64,000 bases of DNA, from NCBI RefSeq assembly GCF_011386835.1, contig NC_088797.1:83514001-83578000 (forward strand), read 5' to 3'. This stretch comes from Chrysemys picta bellii. Taxonomy: Eukaryota. Of the stretch, positions 37,452-50,049 are shown piece after piece (the first letter of the stretch is position 1; every line of letters starts with the position of its first letter). The notes beneath the pieces are model-generated. The model worked only from the letters and a program-made list of their open reading frames with translations, was not told where the DNA came from and did not search any database. The position numbers and the translations under genes were made by a program.

Positions 37452-39578
37452 GCTATAGGTAGCATCATAAAAATGTATAGACACTTTATTAATTCTAAAA
37501 AAGGGCTCACTTTAAAAAGTTGTTTTCCCTTGTTGGTTTGAAGTCAGGATTCCTTTGCAGTCATGTTTGACAACCAATACGTGTAATTATATACTATTTT
37601 TTAAAATAATTGACTTTTTGTTTGCCACACACATTGAACTGCCTATGTGGGCTAATGTAACCACTTTTCTAGTATATTACATTCACTGGCACTGCATTAA
37701 TATACCATTGCATATAAAGAAACATTCCAAAAGGTTAAGTGCAAAAATTATAGATCTTTTCCTAAAGCAGTAAAACAAAAATACAATAAAAAAACCAATG
37801 AAATTTTCCTTCAAATTAAAATAAATCCTCTTAGCATCATTTCCTTTCTGCTACATGGTCCCACGTGTTTCCAGTTTCATTTCATAGTCTACAGGAAAGT
37901 TAAGAAAACTATGTTTAATATAGGATCCATCTTCAACACATGTATGGTGGGGAAATCCTCACAGCTTTTAAAGCTGCAAGCCTCAAGCCCCAAACCCCCA
38001 TTCCCTGGTACAGCCAAGGACTGCACAACGTGAGTCTGGATGGGAAGTGCAAAAGTATCTTCAAGTAAGTTTTTTCCCCCTTCCCCATTTTGGGGGCGTC
38101 AGTGCTGTCCAGGCATAAATTTGATCAGCCTGAAAGCTGACTCGATCTGTGCCAGTGGACAGCAGCCACTATAGACCATAACAGCAGCTAAGAATTTGTC
38201 AAGCATATGTTACCATGGCCATACTCATCTTGCTATGCAAAAGGCCAGAAAGGAATGTCTGGCCTTCCTGTAGAAGTCACTGTGCTTCCTCTGGGTCCAA
38301 GGATGCTGATAAACATTCTTATAATTTGGTATGAGAATGACCTCTAGAGCCAGAAAGATTCTATTTTATCTGGAATTCAGGTACCAACACATTTTAACAT
38401 CATATTTGATATAGAATATTTTATGGTCATGTGCTTCCTCTGTTGGCTCTTCAGTCACAACAAGCATTTCCCTTGAGTTGAGCAAATTCATAACAGCATC
38501 CATAATGATGGTAAAGCACAAATAAGGAATAAGGAAATAAACAGCAAGGAACTATATAGGCTTGTGTTCCACTAGGAACAGAAAAATATGGCTGTTTTGC
38601 ATGTGGAAAAGGATAAAATTCACAGGACAAAAACATATTTTGTAAGAGTCTAAGAGGTATTTAAAAACAATCAAGTACTAGAAAAAATAGTTGTATTCCT
38701 TCAGAGATCAACTATTTTATTCCCTTACAACTTTTCTGCTAGATAATTGTGATTCCTGCCAATGGAGCTATACCAAAGGTGAATTTGGCACTTCATCATT
38801 CATTTTGACTAACACTAGGAAATCTATTACATTTCTTTTTAGCAAAATGGGTAGAAATGTCTATGACTCATACTCAGGTAGCACAACGTCAGTGTGTAAG
38901 AAACAAGTAAAATTATCAAATTGCAGCTTGCCAGTTTCTATTGAATGTGACTAGATTAACAGCAGCACTCCACCCTACAAGACAAGGAGTCAAGGCTCTG
39001 GTGAATCTTTATCATTGGATACTAGCCTCAACCATCAACACACTAGCCCCCAGAGTCTCCATCCCTCTCTCCCCTTTGCCCACAGAGATCTCCTTGGGTT
39101 TTTTTTGACACCCCATGCCACATGAAGAGTGAGACTCGTGAGCCAATGGTAGAAAACAAAGGCTGAAACAGGCAGATGGAAGTATCAAGAATTTATCCAA
39201 GCCTATGGTGAGGCTGTAATACAGGTCAGGAAAACCTTCCAATCAGCCTGTGCTGATACTGTAAATTTTGCTCCAAGAAGTTAACCAAGGGGTAAAATAC
39301 TTCAACTGTCCTGAGTGCCTATAGCTCATAGAAGAACTAAGCACCAAGGATTATGAAGAACTATCATCTTCCTTCCCACACACATGCATGAAAGTTTCTC
39401 AGACAGCATGGATCCACTCCTACTATACTCGCCAATAAATGCCTGCTTTCCCTGAGTTCGGTACATTCTTCAGCAGAAGAAGAGAGAGAATTAATCATAT
39501 GTTACAGATATTAGTCACATCACTTCATGCTCTGCTGGAGGCATTCAGATACTAAGGTGATGAGGGCAGTATAAGCAC

Positions 39579-39622
39579 ATAGAATAGAATAGAATAGAAT
39601 AGAATAGAATAGAATAGAATAG
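39579..39622. repeat. (ATAGA)n pentanucleotide microsatellite
   Basis: About 8.5 perfect units directly after a retroposon-like tail (tcagatactaaggtgatgagggc). Confidence 0.97.
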
Positions 39623-39939
39623 TGCAATATTACCCATAGGTATAACCTGCTGCTTAAATCTGACTGCTTTTTAGAATACAAAGGAACTAATAAATAATAT
39701 TCTTCAATGTTCAGTCTCTGTGCAAAAAGATGCATTAATACATATTTGTTTTATATTTGTTACCTGAAATAAAGCTCCTTATGTGCACTTGAATCTGCTG
39801 TTTCATACACACCACTGATTTAAAACCAGACTTCTATATTTCCTGATTTTTTATCACTTTATAATTCAATGAGCCTCCAATTTCTCCAGGCTAGAAATGG
39901 TTCTAAAAGGAGCAGAAAGAACTATCTGTTTAAAATATA

Positions 39940-40157
39940 CAGAGCCACCCAGAGGATTGGGGGGGCCCCCGCCGCCAAACTGCCGCAGAAGACATGGAGC
40001 GGAAGAAGCTCCAGGGGGCCCGGGCCCCACAAGAGTTTTCCGGGGCCCCCGGAGCGAGTGAAGGACCCCGCTCCAGGGGTCCCGAAAAACTCTCGTGGGG
40101 GCCCCTGCGGGCCCCGGGGCAAATTGCCCCACTTGCCCTCCCCTCTGGGCGGCCCTG
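39940..40157. mobile_element. hAT-type MITE
   Basis: TIRs CAGAGCCACCCAGAGG / CCTCTGGGCGGCCCTG; perfect 8-bp TSD AAAATATA. Confidence 0.92.
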
Positions 40158-40290
40158 AAAATATATACCAGTTAAGGTGAAGCAATCTTACAGTGTGCGT
40201 GTGAGAAAGAGTGACACACACACACACACACACACAGGGAACAACAAAATGAGCCTGTGACTGAGCATGCATGTCTAGAATGGATGAGAA

Positions 40291-40460
40291 ACATAGAATA
40301 TCAGGGTTGGAAGGGACCTCAGAAGGTTATCTAGTCCAACCCCCAGCTCAGGGCAGGACAAATCCCCAGACAGATTTTTGCCCCAGCTCCCTAAATGGCC
40401 CCCTCAAGGATTGAACTCACAACCCTGGGTTTAGCAGGCCAATACTCAAACCACTGAGCT
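40291..40460 (-). mobile_element. tRNA-derived SINE with CR1-like 3' tail (turtle PolIII/SINE type)
   Basis: On the minus strand: A-box AGCTCAGTGG, B-box GAGTTCAATCC, tail GGTCCCTTCCAACCCTGATATTCTATG. Confidence 0.88.
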
Positions 40461-41183
40461 TCTGTGATGTTCATCTGCCATATTCAGTTTGTAGATGACT
40501 GACTTTCAAAGGCAATGCTACTTCCTTCACCAGTGTGGTCACCAAGCTCAGCAAGGCTTGGTGGGTAGCTGGCTGTTTTCAAGTTTTACTTTCACTTAAA
40601 TTGCTGATTTGAGAGCACTTGAACTGTTCCCAATTTAGCGTTTTTAAGCACCAAGCTCTGAGGCTGCAATCCCATTACCCCCTCTTGACTCGCTCTCTAA
40701 CTAATATGTAAGTGTAAAACACATATTTTAAAGTTGTTCTCTTTGCAATAGCTAATCTATAAAAAACAAAATAAAACAAAAACAGAGTGGACATGTTGGA
40801 TATGATTTTAATCAGAATAATGCTGTTCTTGCTGTTTTATGGGCCATCAGCTATATAAAATGTAATAAAGAAATCAATAGTTTAAGCAGAACAATGAAAT
40901 GTGCACTGAATAAACAATAGGCACTAATACAATTTTTGTATTGTTTTGTACAAAATGGATTGCGCTTAAGAACAAAAATCACTACATATTATATTATGAC
41001 TGACTGAAAGACGGAAAAATCACACAATCAAAATAATAAATACATCATAATCCTAATATCTGTGACTACAGATTCATTAACTATAGCATGAAAAAAGAGG
41101 GAAGAGTGTTTGCCCTTGTCTTCTGATTTAACGCTTTATACTTATTATTCACCCCAAAGTCATTCAGACCCTCTATACAGAGT

Positions 41184-41386
41184 GGGGGAAGGACAGCTCA
41201 GTGGTTTGAGCATTGGCCTGCTAAACACAGTTGTGAGTTTAATCCTTGAGAGGGCCACTTAGAGATCTGGGGCAAAAACCACTACTTGGTCCTGCTAGTG
41301 AAGGCAGAGGGCTAGACTTGATGACCCAAGGTCCCTTCCAGTTCTAGGAGATAGGATATCTCCATTAAAATAAATAAATAAATAAA
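41184..41386 (+). mobile_element. tRNA-derived SINE (PolIII/SINE-related subfamily)
   Basis: A-box AGCTCAGTGG, B-box-like GAGTTTAATCC, GGTCCCTTCCAG tail, (AAAT)n end. Confidence 0.85.
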
Positions 41387-42349
41387 TGATTGGCCCTATC
41401 CAGCCCATATAAGACTCTGGATAAAATTCTGGCTCCAGTGAAGTCAATGAGAGTTTTGCCATTGACTTCAATGGAGAGTCAGGCTTTTACCTTATCAGGT
41501 ACAGAAGCTCCAGAAGGCTGCTTATATTGGCTTCACACTGGCCTAGCATATGATGAGAAAGTCCACCTCATGCTCAAGGGTAGGGAAAATCTAACTTAGT
41601 CATTGCATAGTGGGAGGAAACAGTACTGCTTGGAACAATGGGCAGTTTATGTAAATATGCTCCAAGTCCCTTAAGGAGCCCTCATAGTAAGTTTTTTGGT
41701 GGTTGTTTTTTTGCTCTCTGCCACAACACCTGTGCTGGGAGCATGAATTATGACAATCCTTATGACTCAGTAACCCTCTTTGTGTATGTCTTCTACACTA
41801 TGAGCTAGGGATGTGATTCCTAGCTCAAGTAGACATTCTCACACTAGCTCTCATCTGAGCTATTATTATATTAAAAGGGAGTTTTGCAAATTACTGCAAT
41901 AGGACCAGGATTTAGCCCCACATAATTCCTTTCCCTCCTTAAAGTTAACATCCTTCAATTATCTGCAGACTCTTTTCAAATCCTCAGTTGTCTCTCAGAC
42001 AAACTACATTTGCCACTTTTAAACATTTCACATACAGTAAGACAATCCTTTCAGGTTTCTGATAATTTTTGTTGATTTCTTTAAAACCAAGGACAAGGCA
42101 AAAGAAGCAAAGTATTTTCCATAAAAATTAACTGAATGTTTAATGAATTTGCTTTGATACTTTTGTGTTTGCTTTCCACAAACATTCAAGGGATCAAGTG
42201 TTGTCCGAACAATTGAAATGAAACAAGAAGTCATTTTGACTTTTTTGACTTTGATTCATTGAAATTGACAAGTTCCTGTGAAGCATTTTAATTTTGACAA
42301 AATGGTATTTTCCAGCAGAAAACTGTTGTTAAAACATTTTCAACCAGCT

Positions 42350-42860
42350 TTAACCCCAAATACACTTACCTTCCAACTTGATATCATTGTTGCTTATCAT
42401 AATCCTTTGTTTATAGTCCTTTGGCCAATTTTCAGTCCACATTACATTATTCCTATTCAAGGACATTTTAATTAAGTTTCCAAGTATGATTTGATGAGAT
42501 AGCATCAAGTGCTTTACTAAAATCCATATATAATGCATCTACTGCATTCCCTTCATCCATTAATTTTGTAATTCTATCTAAAAAGCAATCAGGTTTGTCT
42601 GGCAAGATTTATTGCTAATAAATCCATTCTGTTTATATCTCATGGTTCCATTATCCTCTAGATATTTAGTTATTTTTTCTGTAAATATTTCTTCCATTTG
42701 TTTAGAGGTACTGATTGTCACAGTTACTTTTATTTCCTTCTCCCCCCACCCCCAAAGCACTACTGCTTGCTTTTTTCTATCATTCCTGTACTTACCAATT
42801 CTCCATGATTTTTCAAATACAACTATCAGTGGTACCACAAATCAGATAACTAATTAATTC
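42350..42860 (-). mobile_element. Old CR1 LINE RT-region fragment
   Basis: Peptides QNGFISNKSCQTNLIAF and YMDFSKALD in minus-strand frames. Confidence 0.75.
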
Positions 42861-45800
42861 TTTTCATGCCCTATGCTTTATGCCATCCAAATAAGCAGAT
42901 CTGAATGTGTTCACATGTTCCAAATATTCCACATGCCCACTATCATCAAAGAGAAGTTGAAACCTCACGGAAAACTTTGAAAATTATTATAGTTTGAAAT
43001 GAATCTGCTTTTGGTCTGTGCCATTTTACAGTAGAACAACGCTAATCCACACTTCACTATTCCTCATACCCATACTTCATACACAAAAGAAGTTCATCTC
43101 TCCTCAGCAAAGATCAAGGGCCAGGGTCTTCAGCTGATGTAAATCAGCATAGCTCCATTGACATCAATGGCGCTATGCTACTAGTGTGTACCATTGGTGT
43201 ATACACCAGATGGTAATCTGGCCCTTAATTTCAGAAAATTGCAGTGAGCTCTCATATTGTTAACATGTTCTGGTCTCTACCTCTCCTCTGACTACACATA
43301 ATTGCTTAAAATTCGTGCTGCCATTTTCTCTGTATTGTGGATATACAAGACCTCTCTCCACAGGGCAGGGAAGCTAGAGAGAGAGACAATATTCTATTTG
43401 ATTCATCTTCTTATGGTGTGCCTATTTACCATGTGCCTAAAACTGCAGTGAACCATGTCAACATCTGGTATGTGTTTGCCATTTCTGTCCCCACTTCACC
43501 AAACACTTGCACTAAACCCTTGGAAACCCAAAAGCACAGCCTTCATATGGAAGGGCTTGTGTGACTTCAATGAGATGGAAAGGTGTCATTTCCCATTTTC
43601 TGCTAATGTTGAGCCCTCTATACCATTTTTGCTACGTTTTGTCCATCTCTGAACTATGCAGAAAAGAGGAGTGCCTGGCTTGCAGAGAATGTCAAGTTTG
43701 GAATTTAAATATCCTCTCAAATAAAAGATCACATCAGTCAGCAGCAAAATTATTTACTGTGTTGTTTTCTTCAAAAACAGAATGATTTAAGATCGAACTG
43801 CCATAACATAATTTCCAAGATAAGATTATTAAGGTGAACTATTTATTCTGTGCCAAAACCACACAGAATAACTATGCTGACTAACTAGAACAGAGATCAT
43901 CATAACTTTTTTATAATAAAAGCTCTAGACAACTTATCAAATTTATTAACATTTGCCTGAAGTAGATTCAATAATATTTTTACCCTTGTAATGAAAACAA
44001 AAACAAGAAACTGTATTTCTAGGTGGGAGGAGGGAGGTAAGAAAATGTGATGTGCTCTACCAGATGTAAAGGTGTCTGGCAAAATAGCAATATTCTGCAT
44101 TATTGCTCCAGAGATGAAAATGTTTTAAAATATATGTGCTAGGGATATTATTACTTCTAAGTAGCAAGTTTTTCACTCCTTGCAGTTATGCAATAAACAG
44201 AGAATACCTACAGCAGACCAGATGATATATTAATTTTGACCAGAGCCACAAAAATCAACAATGCTGGTCTCAAAGAATAAGTTTAATATTAGTAAGATTA
44301 TGTTTCCCTACTCAGAGGCAGAAGCCATTTGAGGCTATAAAGTGAATTTACAAAGCATGTACGTTTTGGTAATAAGTAGATAAACATATCTGATAAAAGT
44401 TAAAAAAAACATGTATTTTAAATTTTACTTTGAGACCAACACTCACATCAACTCACATTCTATTTGTTAGATATTGTTGGCATAAACTCCTACTATAACC
44501 CAGTATGATTGCTATAGGAAAGTAGCATTTTCCTGCACACAGATATTAGGCTCCCACCTTTCAGAAACTTCACTGGATTTTTTTCACAAGAAAATCAATC
44601 AAAAAATTACACTGCACATCGATAGACAGAAACCAGTTGTGTCATCATCTGCAGCTGTATTTGAAACCCTGCCAAAATGTTTGGTATTTGGCACACCTCC
44701 CTCTTTTCAATTTGTTACAATGCACTTAACCTATCACTGTTGCTCAGTGTACTATAACTTCAGTACAAGCTATTTACTAGTGTGTACCACAGACATTTAA
44801 GCATGGTTTTGACAAGAAATATTCTCAAATTATATTATTTTGACTTCCTGTCAGTCATTTCTTAAAATGTGTATGATAAACAAACCTACCAAAATTTTAA
44901 AAACCTAACATCATGAAGTTTGTCCTGTATACACATCCTGAAAACACAATATGCTGGATATACTGTCACTAAAATCATATTTTGTTAATTTAACAACCCA
45001 CTAACTTGATGACTATGGCTTGGGAGGGAGGAGGACAGCTCCTCTCAGGGTCAGGGCACTGCTGTTCTATGTGCTGTACAAATAGTAAAAGATGGTCCCT
45101 GACTTGAAGAGCTTACAATTCATCAGGCTCCGTTTTCTCTGATGGCCAACAGAGACTGACTTCAAAGCCCAAATACGTCTGTACAGTGAAATACCTTTGT
45201 TTAATATGACTGGCACTGCAGCACCACATTTGGGTCTACACCTGATCAAGACGACAATGCTCCCAAACCTAGTAACTGGATTTCTGCATTCAGTTCTCTC
45301 ATGACAACGCTAGACTACAAACAGCACAAACCTAATAGTGAGTGATAGATAAGAGGTAACAAGCTTATCGCCTCCCAAAGCTTGTGCAACAGATTACATG
45401 CGATATGGAATCTGTGGAGCCTACACAGTGTGGCATCCAGATGGATGCATCTGCCTTACTATTCTTCCTGCTGCCTGTCAAAATTTATTTGCACAAAGCT
45501 GACACAGCTGATGCTCACACTCATGTAGAATTAATGGTCTGACATCTGATTTGTATGTTTGTTGGTTGTGAATTGAACTATATGTATTACACATCTTCCC
45601 AAGTCAACAAATTAAAGTGACAATAAACTGAAAGATTCTCATGAATGGCCTGGACAGTTTTGATGGAAGAATTAAGAGACTAATTTATTTTTTTAATATT
45701 TGCAATTACTGTATTTTGCATACCCCTGGAAGATAGGCACATTTTTCAAATCTGTATAAGTAAAGGCAGTGGGCTATGTGCTGGGTATCCCTATGAGGTT

Positions 45801-46375
45801 AGTCAATATTATCCTTGTGTTATTGACGGGCAAACAGAGAGAGGTGAAGCAAGTTGACTGAGGGGTACTGTGAATTAGGCATTGGCCTATTAGATAACTT
45901 GGGCCAAGATTTTCAGACTTGATTGTCTAAAGTTAGGCACCAACATATGTGACCTGATTTTCAGCCATACTCTGCACCCAAAAACAAATACAGAACTCAA
46001 AAAAGTCTGAATATATTCTACACAAACAAGTCAAAACAAATCATGAGGGAAAAGATTAATCATGAGAAGCTGTAGTCCAAAAGCAATTTTGTCCAAAAGA
46101 GTTATGAACAACTGAAAAAGGGACAAAAGGGGCTTATAATTTGCTTTTCAATCTTAACTACAGTGATCGCCACCGCTTTGGCTATAAATCATAATGCACA
46201 AACCATGCTGTGTAGAGTATATGGTTTTGTCTATTGTAAATGTGGGTTTGCATTCCCTGGGCTCCAAATTGGTACACTATATGCAGTGATTTGAAAAACA
46301 ACAGAGTTAGTCCCTGCATAGTCTTTGCTTCTGCTTTTTTGTTACAGTTTATCGCTGATGCATGTGTCTTCTACA

Positions 46376-46503
46376 TTGCATCCGACGAAGTGGGCATTCA
46401 CCCATGAAAGCTTATGCTCCAATACATCTGTTAGTCTTAAAGGTGCCACAGGACTCTCTGTTGCTTTTTACAGATCCAGACTAACACGGCTACCCCTTTG
46501 ATA
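46376..46503 (+). mobile_element. 128-bp PLE hammerhead-plus-tail insertion
   Basis: 9-bp TSD TCTTCTACA (46367-46375 and 46504-46512); runs from the hammerhead stem I (TTGCATCCGACGAAGTGGG...GAAAGCTTATGC) to the PLE terminus (cggctacccctttgata). Confidence 0.88.
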
Positions 46504-47112
46504 TCTTCTACAATATGTTCATCATGTTCTTTTTGCTTCTATTCTTAAACAACTTTTATACACATATGGATTTTTGTTAAGACAGTATGTGGTGATACAT
46601 TTTATTCATATATTAAAAGGTCAGGGGAACCAGAAAAGTTACTAATAAATAATAATTCTCCATTTTTTAAGGAAAAGGCTGCATTGATATACACAAAACT
46701 TCTATTCATCAATGCATTAGGTGTATTTATGAATACTATGTGCATTTTTACAGGGCTTAATAAAACATATGTAGACAAGAATATTTGGTTTATAGTGGAA
46801 AACTTTATTCCTTTGGATTGAAAAAACTGACCTCCAGTGGGCAATAAAGTAATATCACAATGTTGCTTGTTTTTCAACTCATTTTCTACAGTAAAACTCA
46901 ACTTCATCCAAGATTTTATATATATGAAGTACTGAGCCATTTTTAAGCCATTGCCGAAGCTCACATGGTTATTTCTGTATATAGCTGGTAAAATACTTTA
47001 GGATCCGTAAGCCTGAAAGTTATATCCTTGCAATTTGCATTATAATTTGTTATTTTCATAGGCCTGAGGTTAGAAAAAATTTATTCAAAACATATTGAAT
47101 ACAGATGGTATT

Positions 47113-47116
<4 letters not shown>

Positions 47117-47154
<38 letters not shown>
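47117..47154. repeat. (CT)n microsatellite
   Basis: About 19 CT units. An (AC)n run lies at about 40213-40236 and a poly-A run at 21452-21472. Confidence 0.97.
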
Positions 47155-47155
<1 letters not shown>

Positions 47156-50049
47156 AAACTTTGGTTTCTGCCATCTGTTGGTATTCCCTCTGAGACCTTT
47201 TCCAGTTGGCTTATCGAGTGCACCTCATCCAGTTCTGGGGGAACACTTTATCCAGTTCTCTGGAATCCAAGAAATCAATTCAACTCCAGACTCTGAGGTT
47301 TCTTTATTGGCATACAGTCAAACTACACTTGAGCTGATCAGGCTCAAGCATAGGGCGTGGACATAGAACATATCACACATCCAACCTACATAATAATCAT
47401 TCAGCTTACACACATTTTTAAACTTTATATTATTGGTTAATATGTCGTATCACACACTTTATGACTGGTCTACTGATTTTTGTAACCAATCCCCATCTAG
47501 ATCATGAGCTGTTCAAGGACTCCAAAACATGCTAGGCCACAGCTGAAAACTATCACACATTGCTTACTAACCCACCAGCTCGTTTCTACTAATTACATTT
47601 TTTTACATATTTACAAGGTGACAAGACTACTGTAAATTCATTCTTTGTTTCATGTCCTTGCTCAGCATAGGCCAACACCATCATTTCTGCAGTTGACTCT
47701 TCCAGGGTGTATTTATGCCTGAAAAATTATTGTAAGTCTTGAGAAATACTGAATATCTCCCCACCCTTGCAAGATCCTCACCCTGTCCTTTGGGTCCCCT
47801 TTATATTTTTCTGAAGGAAAAGATCTAGCTCGCTCTCTTTTTGTAGGATGATATTATTTATTCAGTATACTATTAACGTCATGTTCCTTATTGATATGAT
47901 TAATGCTGCCTTACCCAATGGAGGTTTACCTTTGTCCCTGTTCAGCTGTATCCATCTTGTTAACATGGGTAAACTCCTGAGGGTGTTATGTAACTTTGAA
48001 ATGTTAACTGTAATTTTATTTGTCAAGGATGCTAAAGAGTTGAATCAGGCACTTACTTAATAAAGATTACCTGAACACCAGTGGCCAAATTCTGATCTTT
48101 GCTACACCAGTGTAAATCTAGACTGACTCCACTTAGGACAGCTTCTGCAGCTTCTTTTGACTTTATTTTGAGCTGTGGATGCTCAGCACCTCCGAAAATG
48201 AGACCAAAGTTGTCTCAAATTGGGCAACCAAACCTGGTGGATACGATCAAAAACTTGGGCTTGAATAAAAACAAAATCAGAATGCAAAATACACCATAAG
48301 AACGTTGACACCTTCAAAAACCTAATAGTCACAGGGTTGGAGAAAACAGACCTTCCATCTATAGGATAGTAGAATGCAGAGATAATTGCCAGGTAAGTCC
48401 TCAGGGAAAAGCCAGAAAGACCTTTCTTCTTTAGGTGAAGCAGGTATTCCAGAATAAACTGAATGGGAGACTGTGAAGGGGATGTATTTGTTTGGTGTGA
48501 CCACATAGAGAACTTCTTCCATTTCATTGGGCAAGTATACCTGGCAAAGGGCTTGCTGCTATTTCAAAAGAATGTTTTGCACTCCACTAGAACAACTAGA
48601 CTACTGAGGCATTAACCACAGAGAATCCAAGCTGTTAGGATGGGCTGAAAGTATTGGGATGCAGAGTCTGGCCATGGTTCTGTGAAATTATGTACAGGAC
48701 CTGAGGAAGAGTTATGGGATCTTGAATGGAAAGATTCAACATGTCTGAGAACCAATACTGATGAGACCAGTATGGTGCTATCACAATTAGAACAGCTTGA
48801 TCTTGTTTAAGCTTGCTCAACACTGTTGGCACCAAAGCAATTGCAGGGTGGTGGGGGGAGGGGAAGAGCATAAAGAAGTTTCTCCTTACAGGATAGTAGA
48901 AAGGTGTCTCATAGAGACCCTGGACCCCTTGAACAGAAATGGTGACACTTTCTGTTCTGTCAGGTGATGAACAGGTTCACTTCTGGCATTCCCCAGATCT
49001 GAAAAATAGAAGTTTCTATGCTTCTGAATGACCATCACAATCTCTGCTGAATGATCTGCTGAGATGGCCTGCTACACATTTCTGAGACCCCAGAATGTGA
49101 GATCCTATAAGCATAATCATGTTCCTCATGCAAACAGACCAGACATTTGTTTCTTCTTGGCAAAAAAAGGTCAACCAGGCATTTCCTTGCTTGTTTAGAC
49201 AGAACATTGCAGCAGTTTTCTCATCAGTTGCACAGAACAACCTGGAGTCTCGGGAAGAAACACATGACAGCACACGTGGCTAGCTTGGAGCTCTCTGACA
49301 CTGATGGGAGGGAGGGCTCCTGATCTGACCAGAGACTCTGAAAATCCCTTAAATGAGCTCTCCACCTAAGACATGAAGCATATCTGACTAGGGTCACAGA
49401 GGGAAGAGTAGGAGGAAATGGAACTACATTGCATAAGTTGGTAGGATCCGTCCGCCAGTCCAAGGAAAACAAAATACTTGCAAGTAGATGAGTCAGCATG
49501 ACAACAGGGTTGATAGCCAGAGTTCAACCACCTCTGCATGACTCTGAGGTGAAGTCTGGCATACTGAGTCACATACGTATAAGCTGCCATGTGACCTAGA
49601 AGTTTCAGTCAATTCCTCACTGTTGAAAGAGGATACGTATTGAAATCTTTGCACAGGTCAAATACCACCTGAAAGCTGACCTGAGATAAATATGCCCTCA
49701 CCAAAGTTGAGTCAAGAACTGCTCCTATAAATTCGATCTTCTGTACATGAGAAGAATTGACTTGTCCTTGTTGATCAAGAGGCCCATTGAATGAAAAAAG
49801 GGTCTGCATCTTCTCAATGGTTTGCTGTCTGGATTGATGTTGAGCTAACCAATCATCCAAAAGGTAGGACCATCAACTGAGAATGGATATCTGCTGTGAC
49901 AAACCTTAAGAACCTCCTATGACTCTGGTGAATGGCCACATGGAAACAGGCATCCTTTAAGATGAGGGCATCCAACCAATCATTGGAATTTAGGGAAGGA
50001 ATAATAGTTTTATATGGTTACTCTCACATCTATCTTTTTTATGCCTGTA

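Noticed and set aside
40291-41386. tRNA-like sequences with A and B boxes
   Set aside because: These are SINE heads fused to CR1-like tails and cannot form a full cloverleaf; they are not tRNA genes.
46602-46964. 120-aa minus-strand ORF in AT-rich DNA
   Set aside because: GTG start, no recognisable domain and no convincing donor site; an ORF of this length is expected occasionally by chance in 64 kb.
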